The notes beneath the pieces were generated by a model. The model ran no database searches. It had not been told where the DNA came from and saw nothing but the letters and a program-made list of their open reading frames with translations. Shown one piece after another: positions 52,711-64,000 of a stretch of 64,000 nucleotides of DNA. A program made the position numbers and the translations under genes. The stretch is from Pristiophorus japonicus (lineage: Eukaryota): contig NC_092010.1 of NCBI RefSeq assembly GCF_044704955.1, positions 34,348,001 to 34,412,000 on the forward strand. Direction: 5' to 3'. Each line of letters begins with the position of its first letter. The stretch's first letter is position 1.

Positions 52711-54591
52711 AATGGTTGTTTCTAAAGATTGATATTTTGTATTATTTCATTACTTATGAAATATGCCACCGCTTAAATGCACTATGAAATGCAACTGTAG
52801 GATTTGGCTCACATCTAATGAAAGGCTTTCATTGTGCCATCAAGAGAAGGTGCTAAATGGACACCTGTTGCTTTTACACTGGCAGCCAAGGAAAATTGGA
52901 GGCTATGTTACCCAGGGATGTCCTCATGCACCTCCTAGTGGCAAAAACAAGGACAGCACAAGTAGAATCCTGTGTACATGTAACCTGGCAATCTACTCTG
53001 GGAATGGTATAATATGAGGAGATGAAGTTGGAGTTGAATTATTTAAAAATTAGAGAAAAAAATAAAAGATTTGATCATCATTTGTTGTCCTTTACTTAAG
53101 AACTGACCTTTTCTGTGACAGCCCTAAAAGTGTCAGATCTAGTTTTGAGAGAGAACAGAATGGATTTTCTAAACAATTGCCTGAACACATCTTTATTAGG
53201 ACTGAAATAGGACTTTTCATTCGTTACATTTAAAGTTAGCGCGAGAAACTGGGAGCGTGTTTCAAGTCTTAAGGAGAAACAGTGCAACCGACATAGCCTA
53301 TAATGACATTTTACATAAAATGTCTATTATATTGGCTCAGTGTGTCAACTTGGCTCAGTTGGTCAGCTTTTTCCTCTAAATCAGAAAGGTTGTGGGTTCA
53401 AGCCTCACGCCAGTATTTGAGCACATACTCTAGCCTGACACTCATCTCATTTGTTGTTTGTGGGATCTTGCTGTGTGCAAATTGACCGACTGGATTTCAA
53501 AAGGATGTGCTTTGGAATGTCTCAGGGATGTGATATGGTGCAATATAAATGTAAATTCTTTCTTTATATCTTTTTCCTATGAAATGTTAAGACAGACCAA
53601 TATAGTGTGTGACTTTAAAGTTGACTTATAAGTAAAATATGCTAATCAGAAGTTCGTACCTAAAATCTACAAAATTTGAATTTTCCTACCTAAATCTTGC
53701 TCCTCTCTCTCATCTATCATGTACATACCAGGGAACAGGGCTTAAACATAAGAACATAAGAAATAGGAACAGGAGTAGGCCATACGGCCCCTCGAGCCCG
53801 CTCCGCCATTCAATAAGATCATGGTTGATCTGATCATGGACTCAGCTCCACTTCCCCGCCCGCTCCCCATAACCCCTTATCCCCTTATCGAGAGGGAGGT
53901 CAAAAAAACTCAAATAAAAAAAGCCAAAAATCAGATGTCCCATTCAAGCTGCATGGACAGGTCACTTAACTAATCCAAATTTCATGGCAACTTGTTTGAA
54001 AACTGAGGGAACTTTAATTGTGATCAGCAGAGCAGAGCAACAGGCAATACTGGGACACCAGCAACATAATTGTTTCGAAACCTCAGGCATTCTGCATGTG
54101 GCAAATTTCTCCAAAACATCAATAATACAAACCTGATGGGAGGCTTCACATTCATGGTCATGTTTGATATTTCCAAATCATTCTCCAGGTTTATCTGCAA
54201 TTCCAAATCTAAGGCAGCCAACTGCATCTATAGTAGAACTGTGTGTTCCTAGAAGCCGAGGACCTGTGAATGTACAAAAGTAGGGAGAAATAAATATTTT
54301 AGCGTTTAGTTTAAATTTAGAAATTCTCCAAATGGCCTATTCAAAACGTGACTATCTAGCCCAGAGCTGGACAGATGGCAACCCATTGGGAAATAACAAT
54401 ATAAAAAACAAATAATAAGCAACCACTAAAGGGTAGTCTTGAAAGAAATACAGACTTGTATTTATATGGTGCTGTTCACAACCTCAGAATGTGCTTTACA
54501 GCCAATGAAATGCTTTTGAAGCGTAATCACTGTTGTAATGTCGGAAACGTGGCAGCCAATTTACAGACTTTTTTTTTAAGGTGTTGGTTGA

Positions 54592-54797
54592 TGTCATGTA
54601 TGTATGCATGGTTTTACTAGCCACCAGGTGGCGCCACTGTCGGAGGTCATTGGGCTGTGCGCACGTGTGTGCGGCCCAGGTATAAAAGGCCAGCCATCAT
54701 GTAATGTAATCACTTTGGGTCCTAATAAAGTAGAGCCAGGTTTGTACCTGTTCGGAGTTTACAGTATTCAGTCTATTAAGTTATTGCATACACAATA
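54592..54797 (+). mobile_element. Solo LTR (206 bp)
   Basis: Perfect 5-bp TSD GTTGA, starts TG, contains TATAAAA and AATAAA, interrupts a SINE. The 3' end reads TA rather than CA. Confidence 0.85.
54619..54636 (+). promoter_or_regulatory. CTCF-like motif within the solo LTR
   Basis: AGCCACCAGGTGGCGCCA fits the consensus CCASYAGRKGGCRS. Confidence 0.55.
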
Positions 54798-54841
54798 GTT
54801 GAGGGATAGATATTGACCAGGACACCAGGGATAACTCCCCT

Positions 54842-55487
54842 GGCATGTTGGCCTTAATAGCGAGGGGATTTGAGTGCAGGGGCAGGGAGGTGTTGCTACA
54901 GTTGTACAGGGCCTTGGTGAGGCCACATCTGGAGTATTGTGTACAGTTTTGGTCTCCTAACCTGAGGAAGGACATTCTTGTTATTGAGGGAGTGCAGCGA
55001 AGGTTCACCAGACTGATTCCCGGGATGGCAGGACTGACCTATCAAGAAAGACTAAATCAACTGGGCTTGTATTCACTGGAGTTCAGAAGAATGAGAGGGG
55101 ACCTTATAGAAACATTTAAAATTCTGATGGGTTTAGACAGGTTAGATGCAGGAAGAATGTTCACCATGTTGGGGAAGTCCAGAACCAGGGGTCACAGTCT
55201 AAGGATAAGGGGTAAGCCATTTAGGACCGAGATGAGGAGAAACTTCTTCACCCAGAGAGTGGTGAACCTGTGGAATTCTCTGCCACAGAAAGTTGTTGAG
55301 GCCAATTCACTAAATATATTCAAAAAGGAGTTAGATGTAGTCCTTACAACTAAGGGGATCAAGGGTATGGCAAGAAAGCAGGAATGGGGTACTGAAGTTG
55401 CATGTTCAGCCATGAACTCATTGAATGGCGGTGCAGGCTAGAAGGGCTGAATGGCCTACTCCTGCACCTATTTTCTATGTTTCTATG
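54842..55487 (+). mobile_element. Young CR1 3' fragment
   Basis: Nearly identical to 12705-13360; interrupts the same SINE as the solo LTR. Confidence 0.92.
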
Positions 55488-56104
55488 CTCTTCTTCGAAT
55501 AGTGCTGTGGGATCTTTCACATCCACCCGAGAGGGCAGACATGGTTTAACATCTCCTCTGGAAGATGGCACCTCCAAAAGTGTAGCACTCATTCAGTGTC
55601 AGCCTGGATTTTGTGCTCAAGTCTCTCGAGTGGTGCTTGAATGCACAACCTCAGAGGCCAGAATGCTACCAACTGAGCCAAGACCGACACCTGAAGCTCT
55701 GAACCTTTGTTTAAGAAGAGTCATTAACCAGAAGACACAGATTTAAGGTGATCGGCAAAAGAACCAGAGGTAACATTTTTTTTTAATACAGCAAGTTGTA
55801 ATCTGGAATGCACTGCCAGAAAAGGCGGTGGAAGCAGATTCAATCGTAACTTTCAAAAGGGAAAACATTTACAGGGCTATGGGGAAAGAGTAGGGGAGTA
55901 GGACTAATTGGATAGCTGTATTGAAGAACTGGCACAGGCACAATGGGCCGAATGGCCTCCTTCGGTGCTGTATCATTCTATGAAGTAATCTCATATTTGA
56001 TATTTCTGAATAATAAAAGCAGATACACAACAAAACAGTATGTTCACAGTTTAAAGGGACTAAATAAAGGCTCCCAAAGTCAGTCTGAATTCATTCTGAG
56101 GCAC

Positions 56105-57018
56105 AAAATGTAATATTTCCAAGTTTGCTGACGACACAAAACTAGGTGGGATTGTGAGTTGTGAGGAGGATGCAAAGACGCTGCAAGCGATTTAGATAGG
56201 TTGAGTGAGTGGGCAAACACATGGCAGATGCAGTAAAAGGTGGATAAATATGAAGTTATCCACTTTGGTAGGAAAAACAAGGACAAAGTATTATTTAAAT
56301 GGTGATGGCTTGGGAAGTGTCGATGTACAGAGGGACCTGGGTGTCCTTGTGCACCAGTCATTGAAAACAAACATGCAGATGCAGCAAACAGTTAGGAAGA
56401 CAAATGGTATGTTGGCCTTCATTGCAAGAGGATTTGAGTACAGGAGCAAGGATGTCTTACTACAGTTATACAGGACCTTGGTGAGACCACACCTGGAATA
56501 TTGTGTGCAGTTTTGGTCTCCTTACCTAAGAAAGGATATACTTGCCATTGAGGGAGTGTAGCGAAGGTTCACCAGACTGATTCCTGGGTTGACAGGACTG
56601 TCGTATGAGGAGAGATTGGGTCGACTAGGCCTGTATTCACGAGAGTTTAGATGAATGAGAGGGGATCTCATTGAAACGTATAAAATTCTGACTGGGTTGG
56701 ATAGACCGAATGCGGGGAGGATGTTTCCCCGGGCTGGGAAGTCTAGAACAAGGGGTCACAGTCTCAGGATACGGGTTGGAAATTTAGGACCGAGATGAGG
56801 AGAAATCTCTTCACTCAGAGGGTGGTGAACCTGTGGAATTCTCTACCACAGAAGGCTGTGGAGGCCAAGTCACTGAATATATTTAAGAGCAAGATAGATA
56901 GATTTCTAGAAACAAAAGGGATATGGGGAAAAAGCAGGAATTATGGTGTTGAGATAGAGGGTCAGCCATGATCATATTGAATGGTGGTGCAGGCTCGAAG
57001 GGCCGAATGGCCGACTAC
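56105..57018 (+). mobile_element. CR1 3' fragment abutting the MCRS1 promoter
   Basis: Degraded RT ([17 protein letters not shown]) with in-frame stops. Confidence 0.88.
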
Positions 57019-57019
57019 T

Positions 57020-57450
57020 GAAACATTCGCTCCATCCGGAGGGGAAAGTTTGTGACCCGGAAATGATACATTGTGGCACGATATTTTTTTGGGGGGGGTA
57101 TATTTTAATAACTGTATAAAATATAAACTACTGAAAATGGCTGTGAGCAGATGAACATGCGTAGAATAAAAAGAGATTACTTTAAAAAAATTGCAGCAAC
57201 TCTGGTGGCGTGACCCGGAAATGTTTGTGGGCCGCAACTTGCGGTGACTTGGGGCCTACAAGCGGTGGCCGGAGCTGGGCGCGGAGTCCATGAGTTGAGC
57301 TGCCAGGTTTGGGGAAGCGGGTACGTTTGATGCATTGTGCTCGTGACGGACGGCGGCGGCGGCAAATCTGGGTAGAGTTTTATTGTATCTTTCAGTAACT
57401 TTCAGGGTCCGTATCCGCTTCCAATATCGCCCAGTGAGCGACTGCAACTG
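57020..57450 (+). promoter_or_regulatory. CpG-rich putative MCRS1 promoter and non-coding first exon
   Basis: Local CpG enrichment, two GTGACCCGGAAATG (ETS-type) motifs, candidate donor GTACGT at 57321. Confidence 0.55.
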
Positions 57451-59449
57451 GGTCTCTGCCCTGTGGGGTGTTTACAAGTCGTACACAAGGATGTTCCAGG
57501 GCCTGAAGGGTTTGGGGTTTATTGTGAGACTCCATATTGAATTTGTTGGAGGTACATTTTATTTTTGTAAATTATATGTACAGTTGTAAACATTTGTATA
57601 CTTTCTTTTCCAATTCCTGCTCTTTCGACACCCCCTTCCCACAAGGCAGAGTCCTGCTGTGTTGCAGCGTTATATAGGCAACTTCTGCAACTGTGGTCGT
57701 TTTTCATGTGTCAGCCGAAGTTCTGTGCTGTGCTATTTGACTGAGAGTGTCATCACAGTCAAGCCTGATCCTGCCCTCTCTTAATGTCTGCACACATGCA
57801 GTTTCCAGAGGAGATCACTTGATGGTCATTGAGATTGGGAACCTGGTTGATTTTTCAACCCCCAACCCAGTCCAGAAATATTCTCAATTCTGGTACCGCA
57901 CCACCGACCTGAGATCACAAGCGGAACCTTTCTGCTTTCTGGCTCAGTGTCACAGCAACTTGTGTATTTACCCATGGGCCACCCTGGTAAAATTACAGCT
58001 TGATTCTGTTGCTCTCTGCTATAAATGATTGGGCTGAATGAGTTAACCTGAATGTTTCGTGTTGCCCTTTCAGCAATAGTTTACAATTTTTTGGCTGAGT
58101 TTAAAGGTCTGTGTCGCCTTGTATTTGGAATAACTGATGCTGTTTGAATCACTACAGTTTTAATAGTGATGTCTTTGTCGTGATCTAGGCAGCAGTTCAA
58201 TACAAGTTCGTGCATAAAATAGAAAATTTGTTTGTGTCAAAAATTCTGCAATTATGTTCTCTTGTTCAGATGTTTTTCTGGGAGCAAGATGTGATCACGG
58301 GGCTTCAATGATGCTACATTTAACCAGGATCTTATATTATAACCAGGATCTTACATTAACAGACCAGAGTGTCTCCCATTGGATTTCCACATGTCCCACA
58401 CCACCCAAATAGCCCGAACCAAAGTCGCAAACAGCATTCTCTGCAATGACTTTATGATTGTGGGGCATTATCCTTTGTTGTCCTCCTCAACTTCTCTGCA
58501 GCCTTTGAGACAGTCGACCAAACTATCCTCCTCCAACAGCTCTCCGTTGTCCAGCTCGGTGGGACTGCCCTCTCTTGGTTCCGCTCTTGCCTATCTGATC
58601 AGAGCCAGAGCATCTGCAGCAATGGCCTCTCTTCCAGCCCTCGCACCATTACCTCCAAGTCCAGCAAGGATTTATCCTTGGTCTCCTCTTCCTCATGGGG
58701 GTCATCTTCCACATTACACTGACCATACCTAGGTCTACCTCTCCATCACCTCTCTTGATCCATCTACTGTCTCTGTTGTCAGGTTGCCATAGTGGATTGT
58801 CGGGGTGCAGTACAACTCTAGAGTCAGGTTAAAGGTCATGGATGGTCCCGTGCATACTGAGGTATAAGGTGGCTTCCAGCACGTGGTCACACACTGCTTG
58901 CAGGTTGCACTTGATGCTGTAAAACTCCAATCCCTTGCAAAGTGCTAGGCACTTCTGGACAATTGTGCCTCTTGGGGAATTTTCTCAACTTTTCAACATT
59001 GTTAAAATGAAGACTCCTGGTCACTGTTCTAATATTAAAAATGAGATGCCTAGTGGGGAGGAGCTCTGCGGAGGTATCTTAAGCATAGCTACACAGAGCA
59101 TCTTGCCAGATTTAGTGTAGTGCAGAGCACAGCTAACAGTATAACTCCAGTCTGCTGACTGGTATCTGTAGCGTAGCTGCTGTATAAAATGTAGGAAACA
59201 GGTGTAAAGTGCTGTATATAATGGAGGTTATTTTAGTTGGATGTTTGAAAAGGTATTCGTAGAACAAAAGAGTTGAGTCAGGCAGAACTCCAAAATGGAA
59301 GGGAAAGCAAAGGAATGTGAACTTGCTGGAGACATTGATTTCAAGTTTTCTTTGTTGAATTTGTTTTACAGATCTACAAACTCTTGATCAATAAGACAAT
59401 TTTGAACAGAAAGCTTCATACTGTGACCGATCGTATCACGCTGCCAAGG

Positions 59450-59516
59450 ATGATGAATAATTCTGTTTTGGTTGGTCAGAATTGCTCTCTTCTGGAGGGC
59501 AGAAGTTTAGATAAAG
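59450..59516 (+). CDS. MCRS1: MCRS1 first coding exon (exon about 59372-59516)
   Basis: MMNNSVLVGQNCSLLEGRSLDK with a phase-1 donor; ends in DK as in human MDK. Confidence 0.65.
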
Positions 59517-62500
59517 GTATTGTATGCTCTGGTGCTGGGGTGGTGGGGGGGGAACTGTTTGATGTAGCTCAGGGGTGTCCAAACAATGGCCCCAGGGCCT
59601 ACATTCAACCCCTGATCCCTGGTAATCTGGTCCATTGCTTCTAAATCCTTATCCTGCTGGTTTGCCCTGTTAGAATTTTGTGGACCTGGAGATTTGGAAA
59701 GGGCTGGTTTTAGCACTGGTGGATAAATCTTAAATCAGAACACCAAGATCTGTTGGTATTAACAATGTAAGATCTCTGCAAATTAATGGGAACCTGGATT
59801 CAAACTTTATACTTGGCCCCGAAACTCCATGCACACTGAAGTGGTTAATTAAGACAAAAATGCTTGGATGCCCCTGATGTTATAGCCGTTGCCATTTTGG
59901 TCATTACAACTTTCGTTCAGTGGTCCATGATCCATTTAATGCTGCTAGCCACGTAGATTGAGCATATAGAATCATAGAATGATACAGCACAGAAGGAGGC
60001 CACTCGGCCCATTGTGCTTGTTCCAGCTCTTGGAGCTATCCAATTAATACCACTCCCTTACTCTTTCCCCCTGGGCCTGTAATTTTTTTCTCCAAGTATT
60101 TATCCAATTCTCTCTTGAAAGTTACTACAGTATAGAATCTGCTTCCACCACCCTTTCAGGCAGTGCATTCCAGATCGCAACAACTCGCTGCGTTTAAAAA
60201 AAAAAAAGAAGTTTCCTCGTGTCATCTGTGGTTCTTTTGTCAATCATCTTTAAATCTGTGTTCTCTGGTTACTGCCCCTTCTGCCAATGGGAACAGTTTC
60301 TCTCTACTGTATTTTGAACACCTCTATCAAATCTCTTAACCTTTTCTGCTCTAAGGAGAACAATCCCAGCTTCTCCAGTCTCTCCACATAACTGAAGTCC
60401 CTCATCCCTGGTATAATTCTAGTAAATCTCTTCTGCACCCTCTCCAAGGCAGGGAAAAGTACGTCTCTTGCCACCCCCAGCTCCACTATGATTGCAATAA
60501 TTGATATGAGTGAGCTGCCAGGATATAGCAAATTAAGCGATTAAGTGACAATCTAAACTGAGAGTGAATCTCACCCTTGTGTGCTATTGAAGACCAACAA
60601 ATAGGTTCTTGTGTGCATTATTGAAGATTGCATTTATATAGTATCTTTCATGATCACCGGTCGTCCCTTACAGGGCTTGACAGGGTAGATGCAGAAAGGA
60701 TGTTTCCACTGGCTGGGGAGTCTAGAACCAGGGGTCACAGTCTCAGAATGTTGGCCATTTAGGACTGAGATGAGGAGAAATTTGTTTGCTCAGAGGGTGG
60801 TGAATCTTTGGAATTCTCTACCCAGAGGGCTGTGGAGGCTCAGTCTTTGAGTATATTCAAGACCGAGATGGTAGATTTTTGGATAATAAGGGAATCAAGG
60901 GATATGGGGATAGTGCAGGAAAGTGGAGTTGAGGTAGACGATCAGCCATGATTTCATTGAATGACGGAGCAGGCTTGAAGGGGTCAAATGTCCAACTCCT
61001 GCTCCTATTTCTTGTGTTCTTCCTATGTTCTTATGTCCCAAAGCATTTTATAGCCAATGAAGTACTTTTTTGTTTGTACTGGAGTCACTGTTGTAATGTA
61101 GGAAATGCAGCAGCCAATTTGCACACAGCAAGATCCCACAAACAGCAATGTGGCGATGACCAGATAATCTGTTTTAGTGATGTTGATTGGGGGATAAACA
61201 TTGGCCAGGACACCTGCTCTACCCCAGCAATGGTCAGCTTTCAGGAGATGAGGAGGGGAAAGGAGGGGTGGGGGGTGGGGGGTGGGGTGGTGAGAGGTTT
61301 GGCAAAACAAACCTGTTGTAATTGGAAGGCTAAAGTCGCTCCAGTTAACAGGCTTGAATACAATAAGTGTAAATCGATAGTGTGTACTTCAGAGCAATAC
61401 AGAAGTCATGTCGAGTCACAGCATTAAACTGAGTCTTTTCTGGAATCTGGTTGCCGAGCTGTATATTGGACCACGTGGTAAAGCTCGTCTGTGTTTAAAT
61501 GAAATAATAAGCAACGCTTTCTCCTTTTTTTGAAGCTGAGCAGCAGTGTACACTGGGTACTATTGGGACAAGGCTTATGTCGACTGGGCCTGTGGGGAGA
61601 TCTGATGGGGACCAGTCCCCCTCGGCGCTGAAACGCACCGCAACTCAAGCCTTCAGCCTACTTCCCAAACGCAGGAGCTCCTCCAGGTAACGCAGGGGTG
61701 CAAATGCTCTGCCTCTTCAGCTAGCCCACGGGTTCTTGTTTATATTACAGTGCCACTTCTTCTTGAAACGGTTCTACATTATGTATTGCTGCTGGCCCCC
61801 CCCCCCCCCCCCCCACCCGATGCTCTGAATTCTATCTACGCTGTGGGGTGGAGTTCTAAGTACTGCCGCTGGCGAAGAAACGAGATTGTGCACACATGGT
61901 TGCTTCCAAGTTGCAATTGACGTGTGGCAACAAACAGCAGCTAGAAGCGGCAGTGATGGCCTTTTCTGCTTGCCTTCAGTTCCACTTCGCCTCCCAAAGG
62001 CAGGTAAGTGAATCCACCTCTGGAGATGGTGTGTGCACCTAGTGAGCTGTGCGCAACACTATAGAAGTGCCCGCGACAAGAGCATTTGCCAGGAAGACCG
62101 TTTCCTATTATAAATGGAGTATGGAACTCAGATCCATAATGTACCAGCGAGCCTCCACAGGTAGATACGATGGTAAGTACTGCAGGGAATCGAATACAGC
62201 CAGGGTGATCTCCTGGACTAGTTTCGATCGCCTGGATAGGTCGGAGAGGAATTTTCCCAGATTTTTTTTCCCATGGGTTTTTATCTGGTTTTTGCCTCTC
62301 CCAGGAGATCACATGGCTCCGGTTGGGGTGAAGTGTAGAATGTTTCGGTGTAAGGGATGTCGCAGTTGTGTGGAGCAGACTGGTTGGGCTGGGTGCTCTT
62401 TGCCTTTCCGCCATTGTTCATTGTTCATAGGTTTATGTGTAACCTTCAGGGCTGCTGACCGAGGGCCGTGCGGTTCTTTGTCGGCCGGCGCGGACACGAT

Positions 62501-63223
62501 AGGCCGGAATGGCCTCCTTCTGCGTTGTAAATTTCTATGTTTCTATGTCCTTTGATGCAGCACTGACAGGGTTCACCTGAACAAAGTCTGCACACTGCAA
62601 ATGGAGTTGTTTATTGGAGGATTTAACTTAACAAGAATATGTGAAGAGCTTCAAACTCCCGGAAGCTCTGTCTACGCCTGCATTTGAAAGCTTGTTGCTA
62701 TGTGTTTCTGCCTCTCCCTCCCCCATATTGCCATGCACACTTGGCTGTTGATGGAATGATCTGAAATGAGAGTATGAAACGAGGATCCATAATGTACCAG
62801 CGATCAGCCATGATCTTATTGAATGGCGGAGCAGGCTCAAGGGGTCGAATGGCCGACTCCTGCTCCTAATTCTAATGTTGTTCTGAAATTTGTTGCTTTT
62901 GTTTTATTTTCTCTCTTGCATCGGCAGTAATTCTACTAACTGGAGCAGCTAGGCCAGGCTTCCTATTCCTACAGTGCCACATTATTCTGTCATTTTCGTT
63001 CGCATCACTGACGGACCATTCTTGCATTGTTCATTCTTTCAGATCCATAAAACGCAAGAAATTTGACGATGAGCTAGTTGAAAGCAGCCTGGCTAAATCT
63101 TCCACTCGGGCAAAGGGCCCAACGGGGATGGAACCTGGCCGATACTCTGGCAGTGAACCATCGTCTAATGAGAAGAAAAAAGTATGTATTATATACACAC
63201 CCTTGCCCCCCCTCCCCCCCCTG

Positions 63224-63259
<36 letters not shown>

Positions 63260-63954
63260 CCCCCCCCCCCCCCTTCCACGCGCACGCACACACACACACA
63301 CCCCTCCCTCCCCCCTCCGCGCGCACACACACACATGCCCCTCCTCCCCACACACACACATGCCCCTCCTCCCCACACACACACACGCACCCCCCCACAC
63401 ACACATGCCCCTCCTCCACACACACACACACACACACATACACACACACACACCCCCCCATACACACACACACACACATTTTAAATGGGCGATCCCTTAT
63501 TCTGAAATTATGCCATCAAGCCCCCACAGAATCTTTTATGTTTCAATAAGATCAGCTCTCATTCTTCTAAACTCCAATCCATTGAGATTTCCTTTTTAAC
63601 TTTTATATATCTGTTCCTTATCCACTGAAGTGGCAAGTGTATTCTCTGAAATTTATTATGAAACCTACATGTTAGATGAAAACTTTAATCTGGTAACTAA
63701 ATAATTTGTGCAGGAATGGATTGTTCAAGCACTGGGCCAGTTGTAGAAGTATCGTGTGCAGGCCACGTGTCTGGTTAGGATTTAATACAGCCCTCTGTTT
63801 CTTTTATCAGATATCAAAGTCCACCACAGTGCCATCAGCTCCCAGCAGCATCGCCAAGCGGCTGAAGAAAAGCAAGCAGCCACTTCAAGTCACAAAGGAC
63901 CTTGGACGATGGAAACCAACAGATGACTTGCTGTTAATAAACGCAGTCTTACAG
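59450..63954 (+). CDS. MCRS1: Microspherule protein 1, 5' coding exons (partial; continues past the window)
   Basis: Exons 59450-59516, 61536-61686, 63043-63181 and 63811-63954 splice in frame to give PKRRSSSRSIKRKKFDDELVESSLAKS...SEPSSNEKKK...KKSKQPLQVTKDLGRWKPTDDLLLINAVLQ, close to recalled human MCRS1. Confidence 0.93.
61536..61686 (+). CDS. MCRS1: MCRS1 coding exon 2
   Basis: LMSTGPVGRSDGDQ...LKRTATQAFSLLPKRRSSS; 151 nt. Confidence 0.88.
63043..63181 (+). CDS. MCRS1: MCRS1 coding exon 3
   Basis: IKRKKFDDELVESSLAKSSTRAKG; 139 nt. Confidence 0.95.
63195..63478. repeat. Compound (CA)n / poly-C microsatellite
   Basis: Direct observation. Confidence 0.95.
63811..63954 (+). CDS. MCRS1: MCRS1 coding exon 4
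   Basis: KKSKQPLQVTKDLGRWKPTDDLLLINAVLQ; 144 nt. Confidence 0.95.
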
Positions 63955-64000
63955 GTAAAGTGGGAGGAAGGGTGGGGTGTGGGGGAGAGATTCTAGTTTT

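Noticed and set aside
62757-62790. Second hammerhead (CTGAAATGAG...GAAACG)
   Set aside because: Does not match CUGANGA and lacks stem II and an NUH triplet.
63031-63599. His/Thr- and Cys/Val-rich ORFs
   Set aside because: Read-through of a (CA)n microsatellite in an MCRS1 intron.

Overview
Eukaryotic genomic DNA, almost certainly from a cartilaginous fish (shark), judged from the CR1 LINEs with (TTTCTATG)n tails, SacSINE1/Deu-type SINEs and Penelope-type remnants. The window holds a complete 12-coding-exon PMEL (premelanosome protein) gene on the + strand (ATG 8902, stop ending 45865). My hand-spliced CDS is 2550 nt (849 aa) with GT-AG introns and consistent phases. The 5' part of MCRS1 follows on the + strand (CpG-rich promoter about 57.0-57.45 kb; four coding exons through 63954; the gene continues beyond the window). 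The rest is transposon-rich: two complete but frameshifted Ty3/Gypsy LTR elements, a solo LTR, a young CR1 with an uninterrupted ORF2, RTE/L2/CR1 fragments, SINEs, MITEs and two minisatellites. Most notable observations: this PMEL lacks two tryptophans of the mammalian amyloid core, carries an 11-aa repeat array on its own symmetric exon and has a GPNMB-like tyrosine motif in its tail; a sense-strand minimal hammerhead ribozyme lies in PMEL intron 1; three unrelated LTR families each carry a CTCF-like motif; and an RTE insertion is flanked by a 66-bp duplication. All homology calls come from recalled sequences, not database searches. Ends of degraded repeats are approximate.
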